From assembly GCA_039586365.1 (NCBI GenBank), contig JBDHKN010000034.1, positions 1 to 64,000 of the forward strand: a stretch of DNA of 64,000 bases, in the 5' to 3' direction. A program made the position numbers and the translations under genes. Within the stretch, counting starts at the first letter, position 1. The number at the start of each line of letters is the position of its first letter. The DNA is from Gemmatimonadota bacterium (GTDB lineage: Bacteria > Gemmatimonadota > Gemmatimonadetes > Gemmatimonadales > GWC2-71-9). Under the pieces are notes generated by a model. That model saw nothing but the letters and a program-made list of their open reading frames with translations. It was not told where the DNA came from and ran no database searches. Shown here piece by piece: positions 58,645-64,000 of the stretch.

Positions 58645-59321
58645 GCGGCCGCTACGCACTTGTGGGCGGACTAGTGGGGTTCGTTATCATTATGCTCGTG
58701 GCGGCACCGGCTGCTATCAGGCATGTCAGTTTCTTTCGGGTGCGACAGGTGGAGCTCGTTGGGGTGCGGTATCACGCGCCGCGGGAGATCATGGCCGAAT
58801 TGGGTTTGCTTCCCGAGCGTAGTCTGTTTGCACCGGCCGGTGAAATCGAGCAACGCGCGATGCAGATTCCGGGGATTACCGGCGCGCGGATCGAGCGCAG
58901 GATTCCAGGTACGCTGAGGGTCGTGCTGCAGGAGCGAATGCCGATAGCTTTCGCTCCCGGGCCTTCCGGACTCGTTGTGCTAGATGCCGACGCCCGTCCG
59001 CTGGCCTACGATCCTGCGGCAACTGGTCTCGATCTACCCCTGGTTGAGCAAGTTGACTCGCTGTTGGTGCGCACTCTGGATGTATTGCGTACGACGGATT
59101 CGGCCTTCTACTGGGACGTGGATGTTGCCAGGCGGGGTGGCGGAAACTCAGTAGTTCTCGAACTTGGACAGGAGTTGGTGATACTGAAGGATGTACCGAC
59201 TGCACGCGAGATTGCGGCCATAGGAGCTGTCCGGCAGCACTTGTCGTCGCAACAGCGCGGGTTCGAACAACTCGATGCCCGCTTTGATCACAAGGTCTTT
59301 GTGCGGCTGAGTGGAGCATGA
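58641..59321 (+). CDS. ftsQ: Cell division protein FtsQ/DivIB
   Basis: TM + POTRA-like domain (RRIPGTLRVVLQER.P), C-terminal LDARF; upstream of ftsA. Confidence 0.85.
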   Translation: MSGRYALVGGLVGFVIIMLVAAPAAIRHVSFFRVRQVELVGVRYHAPREIMAELGLLPERSLFAPAGEIEQRAMQIPGITGARIERRIPGTLRVVLQERMPIAFAPGPSGLVVLDADARPLAYDPAATGLDLPLVEQVDSLLVRTLDVLRTTDSAFYWDVDVARRGGGNSVVLELGQELVILKDVPTAREIAAIGAVRQHLSSQQRGFEQLDARFDHKVFVRLSGA

Positions 59322-60550
59322 AGGTCGACCAACTCGTAGCCGGACTCGATATCGGTAGCTCAAAGACCTGCGCCCTCATTGCTGAGGCAACCGGTGACGT
59401 TCTGAAGCCGGGTGCAAAGATTCTCGGTGTTGGCATCGCCAGGACCACAGGAGTGAAGAGGGGCGTGGTTCGCGACATCGAAGAGACCACGCGTTCGATT
59501 GCGCAGGCCATGCGCGATGCAGAGAGGATGGCGGGCGTTGAGGTGCCAGGCGTCTTCTGCGGCATCGCGGGGGATCACGTGCAGACACAAGTCTCCACCG
59601 GATTGGCGTCTGTTGCGAGCGAGGAGATCACCAGGGCTGACGTGGACCGGGTTGACGATGTGGCAAAGGCCATTAGTCTGGGGGACGACTACGAGCTCTT
59701 GCACTTCATCCCTCAGGAATACAAGGTTGACAGTCAAGGGGGAATTAGCGACCCGATAGGTATGGCCGGCCTGCGTCTCGAGGTGGAGATGCGTCTGGTG
59801 GCGGTCCAGAACAAAGCCGCCCAGAACCTCCGGAAGTCGGTTGAGAAGGCCGGATATCGTGTGATCGAATTGGTGCTGGAGCCGTTGGCGGCAGCGCTGG
59901 CCACCATTAGCATAGACGAGAAGGAGATTGGGTGCGCCTTGGTTGAGCTCGGCGGCGGCTCGACAACGGTTGCTATCTTCCACGATGGCAAGTTGCGGGA
60001 TCTGGCGTCGCTTCCCTATGCTGGGGTTCACGTCACCAGCGACATCGTCCAGGGATTGGGCGTGACGCAGAGTGATGCGGAACGACTCAAAGAACGGTGG
60101 GGTGTTGCTTACACTCCGTTGGTGAGTCCCGATGAAGAGGTGGATCTGCCGAGCACACCAGGGCAGGGCAGTCGCCGCGTCAAGCGCGAGCTGCTGGCGC
60201 ATATAATCCACCAGCGTTTGGATGAGATTCTGGGATTGGTGTTGGACCGCATCGAAGGAGCTGGCTACAGCGGTCGTCTTCCGGCCGGTGCCGTGCTCAC
60301 TGGTGGCGGGGCTCACCTCTCGGGGGTGGTAGAACTGACTCGAGACGTCTTCGCGATGCCGGTACGAAAGGGCGTTCCGGAGCAGAGCATCTCAGGGTTG
60401 GTGGACAGCGTACAGGCGCCACGCTACGCTGTACCCGTAGGACTGGCACTTTACGGTACGCGGCAGCTACTCAAGGGGAGGATCGATGCCGGGCCGCGGG
60501 TGGAGAAATTGCTGGGGCCCGTGAAGCGCTGGCTACAGGATTTCTTCTAA
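59318..60550 (+). CDS. ftsA: Cell division protein FtsA
   Basis: GLDIGSSK, ELGGGST, AERLK, VLTGGGA, amphipathic C-terminus WLQDFF. Confidence 0.96.
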   Translation: MKVDQLVAGLDIGSSKTCALIAEATGDVLKPGAKILGVGIARTTGVKRGVVRDIEETTRSIAQAMRDAERMAGVEVPGVFCGIAGDHVQTQVSTGLASVASEEITRADVDRVDDVAKAISLGDDYELLHFIPQEYKVDSQGGISDPIGMAGLRLEVEMRLVAVQNKAAQNLRKSVEKAGYRVIELVLEPLAAALATISIDEKEIGCALVELGGGSTTVAIFHDGKLRDLASLPYAGVHVTSDIVQGLGVTQSDAERLKERWGVAYTPLVSPDEEVDLPSTPGQGSRRVKRELLAHIIHQRLDEILGLVLDRIEGAGYSGRLPAGAVLTGGGAHLSGVVELTRDVFAMPVRKGVPEQSISGLVDSVQAPRYAVPVGLALYGTRQLLKGRIDAGPRVEKLLGPVKRWLQDFF

Positions 60551-60573
60551 CAACTAGGGCTGACGAGGGATTC

Positions 60574-61725
60574 ATGGTTTTTGAACTCGAGGAAACGGTT
60601 GCGCAGAACGCCCGGATGAAGGTGGTGGGAGTCGGGGGCGGTGGCGGGAATGCGGTCAATCGCATGATTGACGAACACCTCATGGGGGTTGAGTTCATAT
60701 CAGTCAACACCGATTCTCAGGCCCTGATGCACAACAAGGCTGACATCAAGGTACAGGTTGGCAAGAAACTGACACGTGGCTTGGGTGCGGGGGCAAGGCC
60801 GGAGATCGGGCGCCAGGCAATCGAGGAAAACCGTGATGACGTTCTCAAGGTCCTTGAGGGGGCCGACCTTGTCTTCGTCACTTGTGGGATGGGAGGTGGG
60901 ACGGGCACTGGTGCATCGCCCATCATAGCGCAGCTGGCCCGCGATGTTGGCTCGTTGACAGTGGGAATAATCACCAAGCCCTTCCTGTTCGAAGGCCGTA
61001 AGCGGATGCGGCAAGCCGAAATTGGGATTTCGGAGATGGCCAAGCACGTCGATACCATGATTGTCGTTCCCAACGAACGGTTGCTCGCTGTGGTCGGCAA
61101 GAACGTGCCGTTCCAGGAAGCGCTGAAAAAGGCAGACGAAGTTCTGTTGCACGCCACCCAGGGTATCTCAACGCTGATCAGTGTCACTGGTCTAGTTAAC
61201 GTGGATTTCGCGGACGTCAGGACCGTCATGCAGAACGGCGGTTCGGCGCTGATGGGAATGGGTTCGGCGCGTAGCGAGGATCGGGCCCTGGAGGCTGCAC
61301 AGCAGGCAATCGCAAGTCCATTGCTCGATGAGGTCTCAATCAACGGTTCCACGGGTGTGTTGGTGAACATAACCGGTGGTGAAGATCTGACCCTGGGTGA
61401 AGTTAATCAAATCAGCGAAGTCATACACGACGCCGCTGGCGACCAGGCAGAGATCATCTTCGGAGCGGTGACCGAGCCGGCAATGGAGGGTGAAGTAAGG
61501 GTGACCGTCATAGCCACAGGCTTTGACCAGACCTTGGGACAGCTAGAAGGACCCTTTGGTAAGGTCACAGCGCCGGGAGTGCTTCCCTTTCCTCAAAGGC
61601 AACCTAGGGCGGTAACTCCAGTTGGTGGACCGGCAGTCGCCAAGGCACGGGCACCTCAGCCCGAAGCAGAACAAGAAGTCGCAGAGATGGAGATTCCGAC
61701 CTTCATCCGGAGGCAAATGGACTGA
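60574..61725 (+). CDS. ftsZ: Cell division protein FtsZ
   Basis: GVGGGGGNAVN, GMGGGTGTG, NVDFAD, C-terminal EIPTFIR. Confidence 0.98.
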   Translation: MVFELEETVAQNARMKVVGVGGGGGNAVNRMIDEHLMGVEFISVNTDSQALMHNKADIKVQVGKKLTRGLGAGARPEIGRQAIEENRDDVLKVLEGADLVFVTCGMGGGTGTGASPIIAQLARDVGSLTVGIITKPFLFEGRKRMRQAEIGISEMAKHVDTMIVVPNERLLAVVGKNVPFQEALKKADEVLLHATQGISTLISVTGLVNVDFADVRTVMQNGGSALMGMGSARSEDRALEAAQQAIASPLLDEVSINGSTGVLVNITGGEDLTLGEVNQISEVIHDAAGDQAEIIFGAVTEPAMEGEVRVTVIATGFDQTLGQLEGPFGKVTAPGVLPFPQRQPRAVTPVGGPAVAKARAPQPEAEQEVAEMEIPTFIRRQMD

Positions 61726-62990
61726 TGCGGCCCAGGCCTGGGCGGATTGCTCTGGTAGGTGCCGCGCTCGTGCTGGGCGTGTTGTTCACCGCCAGCGTGG
61801 CGTCGTCTTCGCACCGCCTGCCAGTAGCACCTCCGATTATCGTTACCAACGCCTACGTCCAGGTTGCCGATACCGTGCGCCGCAACGAAACACTGTCCCA
61901 TCTCTTTGGGCGCCACAACATCTACGGGGCCGAACTTGCCACAGTACTCGGTGAGGCCGACGGGCTGAATCCACGGCGCATACGCTCGGGACAGGTCTTC
62001 GATTTCCGCTACTTATACGGGGCTGACAAGCCTGATCGGGTGACGTTTCGCTTGGGTGACGAGCGTACGGTCAGGCTCGCTCGTGACACATGGGGGGGCT
62101 GGAACGGATGGTCCGACGAGATCCTGTGGCATGTTCACGTCGAGCGGGCTCAAGGCGTGATCAGCTCGTCCTTGTACGAAGCTGTAGATGAGGTCATCGC
62201 GGACTCGCTCCTCCCGGCAGGGCAACGCCATTACATGGTCGAGGATTTGGCCGACGGCGTCTTTGGTTGGGTGATCGATTTCTATCGAGACTTCTATCCA
62301 GGTGACAAGTTTGCGTTTGCCTACGAGCGGCTCACGTCGCAGTACGGCGACATCCGCTACGGTCGTGTGCTGGCCGCCAAGGTCGAAACGCGGGGCAAAG
62401 AGAACTATGCATACGTGATGACGGACGAACGGGGCCGTAACGTCTACTACGACGGCAACGGTCGTTCGCTGAAGCGAACACTGAAGATCCGGCCTATCGC
62501 CTTCGGACAGCTCATCTCGCGTTATTCAAAGAGTCGGTTCCATCCGATTCTCAAGACATACAGACCTCACTACGGCATCGATTACGCGGCGCCTGCGGGC
62601 GCGCGAATCGAGGCAACGGGCGACGGAACGGTGACTCGGGCAGGGCGCTGGGGAACGTATGGGATCATGGTTGCCATCAGGCACACCAATGGAATCGAGA
62701 CCCGGTATGCTCACATGAGAGGCCTGGGACCAGGCATCGAGACGGGTGTACGGGTCGAGCAAGGCCAGACTGTAGGTTACGTGGGTATGACGGGCTTGGC
62801 CACTGGGCACCACGTGCACTACGAACTACTCAGGAATGGCAAGCACATCGATCCGCGAACGTTGGGGACCGAGCCCGGACCTCCCGTGAGTGCAGACCGC
62901 CGTGCCGAGTTCGAAGCGATTAGAGCCCACTACGCTCGCATGCTCGACTTCCACCAGGCCGCAACGGTGGCGGTTGCCCCTGACCGCTGA
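61725..62990 (+). CDS. M23 family peptidoglycan endopeptidase (MepM-like)
   Basis: HYGID (HxxxD), YAHM, HVHYE; N-terminal anchor and LysM/OapA-like region. Confidence 0.9.
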   Translation: MRPRPGRIALVGAALVLGVLFTASVASSSHRLPVAPPIIVTNAYVQVADTVRRNETLSHLFGRHNIYGAELATVLGEADGLNPRRIRSGQVFDFRYLYGADKPDRVTFRLGDERTVRLARDTWGGWNGWSDEILWHVHVERAQGVISSSLYEAVDEVIADSLLPAGQRHYMVEDLADGVFGWVIDFYRDFYPGDKFAFAYERLTSQYGDIRYGRVLAAKVETRGKENYAYVMTDERGRNVYYDGNGRSLKRTLKIRPIAFGQLISRYSKSRFHPILKTYRPHYGIDYAAPAGARIEATGDGTVTRAGRWGTYGIMVAIRHTNGIETRYAHMRGLGPGIETGVRVEQGQTVGYVGMTGLATGHHVHYELLRNGKHIDPRTLGTEPGPPVSADRRAEFEAIRAHYARMLDFHQAATVAVAPDR

Positions 62991-63010
62991 CTTCTCAGGA
63001 ATTACAATCC

Positions 63011-63724
63011 ATGCGGGTCTATCCGGCCATTGACATCAAGGGCGGGCGTGTGGTGCGCTGGCTTGAGGGTGAGTCGTTTCACGAGACTGTCTATGGCGAC
63101 GACCCGCTCGCGCAGGCGCTGATCTTCGCACAACAAGGAGCCAACTGGATCCACGTGGTCGACATGGACCGGGCTTTTGCCACTGGTGCCGACAATCTGG
63201 ACTGTGTTCGACGGATAGCGGGTGTTGAGCACGTCAAGGTTCAGATTGGCGGCAGCATCGACACGCTCGAAATGGTGAGAGATGCCATGCACACCGGCGC
63301 GGCGCGTATCGTATTGGGTACGGCGGCGGCTTTGTCACCAGATTTGTTTGCACGGCTGATAAGTGAGGTCGGCGCCTCCGGTTGTGCTCTCGCGATCGAC
63401 ACGCGTGGCGGCGAGGTGGCGCTGCGCGGCAAGAGCGACCGGATCGAGCAATCGGTTTCCGACCTTGTCCGGTTGGCTGTCTACTCAGGAGTCACGACGA
63501 TCGTGTATCGTGATCTGATGCGCGATGGCATGACCGTCGGAGCCGATGTCGAAGCCGCCAAGGCAATCCGCTCGCTGGGAGCCGACGTTATCCTGGCAGG
63601 CGGTGTCGCCAGCCTCGAGGACGTTCGCAACGCATCGCGAGCAGGCCTGGCTGGGGTGATCATAGGCCGGGCGCTATATGAGGGCAGATTCTCGTTACAG
63701 GACGCGATCGCATGCTCGTTGTAG
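63011..63724 (+). CDS. hisA: HisA-like TIM-barrel isomerase (divergent)
   Basis: PAIDIKGGRVVR, HVVDMD, GTAA, RDG, AGGV, IIGRALYEG. Confidence 0.75.
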   Translation: MRVYPAIDIKGGRVVRWLEGESFHETVYGDDPLAQALIFAQQGANWIHVVDMDRAFATGADNLDCVRRIAGVEHVKVQIGGSIDTLEMVRDAMHTGAARIVLGTAAALSPDLFARLISEVGASGCALAIDTRGGEVALRGKSDRIEQSVSDLVRLAVYSGVTTIVYRDLMRDGMTVGADVEAAKAIRSLGADVILAGGVASLEDVRNASRAGLAGVIIGRALYEGRFSLQDAIACSL

Positions 63725-64000
63725 CCGCCGGAGCTGCGGCAATAGCGACCTGGGCGGCGTATACCTACGTGAGGCGAGAGGGCTTTGGTCTGGAGGGTCT
63801 GGGGCTGGCTTTCCTGCGCACGGTTGGATTGACGGCACTCCTCATCCTGCTGGTCAATCCAGTTCGAGCGACCAGGGTACCAGGCGGCAGTCCCGTGGTA
63901 CTGCTCGATGAGTCTCTTAGCATGAGTGTTGGAGGCCGCTGGAAGCAGGCACTCGACACTGCCACAGCCCTGTCCGGTACCGAGGGAACGGTCCTGCGGT
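63712..64000 (+). CDS. Membrane-anchored protein with VWA-like MIDAS motif (3' truncated)
   Basis: Hand translation MLVVAAG...FLRTVGLTALLILLVNP...VVLLDESLSM (DxSxS); open to the window end. Confidence 0.6.
   Translation, partial: MLVVAAGAAAIATWAAYTYVRREGFGLEGLGLAFLRTVGLTALLILLVNPVRATRVPGGSPVVLLDESLSMSVGGRWKQALDTATALSGTEGTVLR

Overview
GC-rich, gene-dense bacterial chromosome segment, almost entirely on the + strand after 7.7 kb. Gene content and order suggest Gemmatimonadota; this is an inference, not a database result. Left part: partial hflX, secreted or membrane hydrolases (ggt, M28 peptidase, DUF3810-like), SRAP-cls, then tilS-hpt-ftsH-folP-cdaA-DUF2723. Centre (19.3-44.3 kb): a tightly packed apparent operon running yggS-divIVA-punA-ileS-dksA-like-lspA-rluD straight into an 18 kb signalling locus. 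That locus has a Dif/F1-like chemosensory core (cheW-cheY-cheA-cheC and cheR-cheD-cheB-cheW-cheW) with no chemoreceptor in the window. It encloses TPR proteins, two DUF4388-MshEN-TPR proteins, three Roadblock/MglB-like proteins, an MglA GTPase and a protein of two tandem DnaA-type AAA+ domains lacking the DNA-binding domain. This locus is the best candidate for a poorly described system. Right part: tRNA-Val, a frameshifted TPR gene, tRNA-Asp, the dcw cluster (rsmH to ftsZ), an M23 peptidase, a divergent hisA-like gene and a truncated membrane/VWA-like gene. I saw no CRISPR array, rRNA, transposase, integrase or prophage. Family assignments come from motif recognition by eye.
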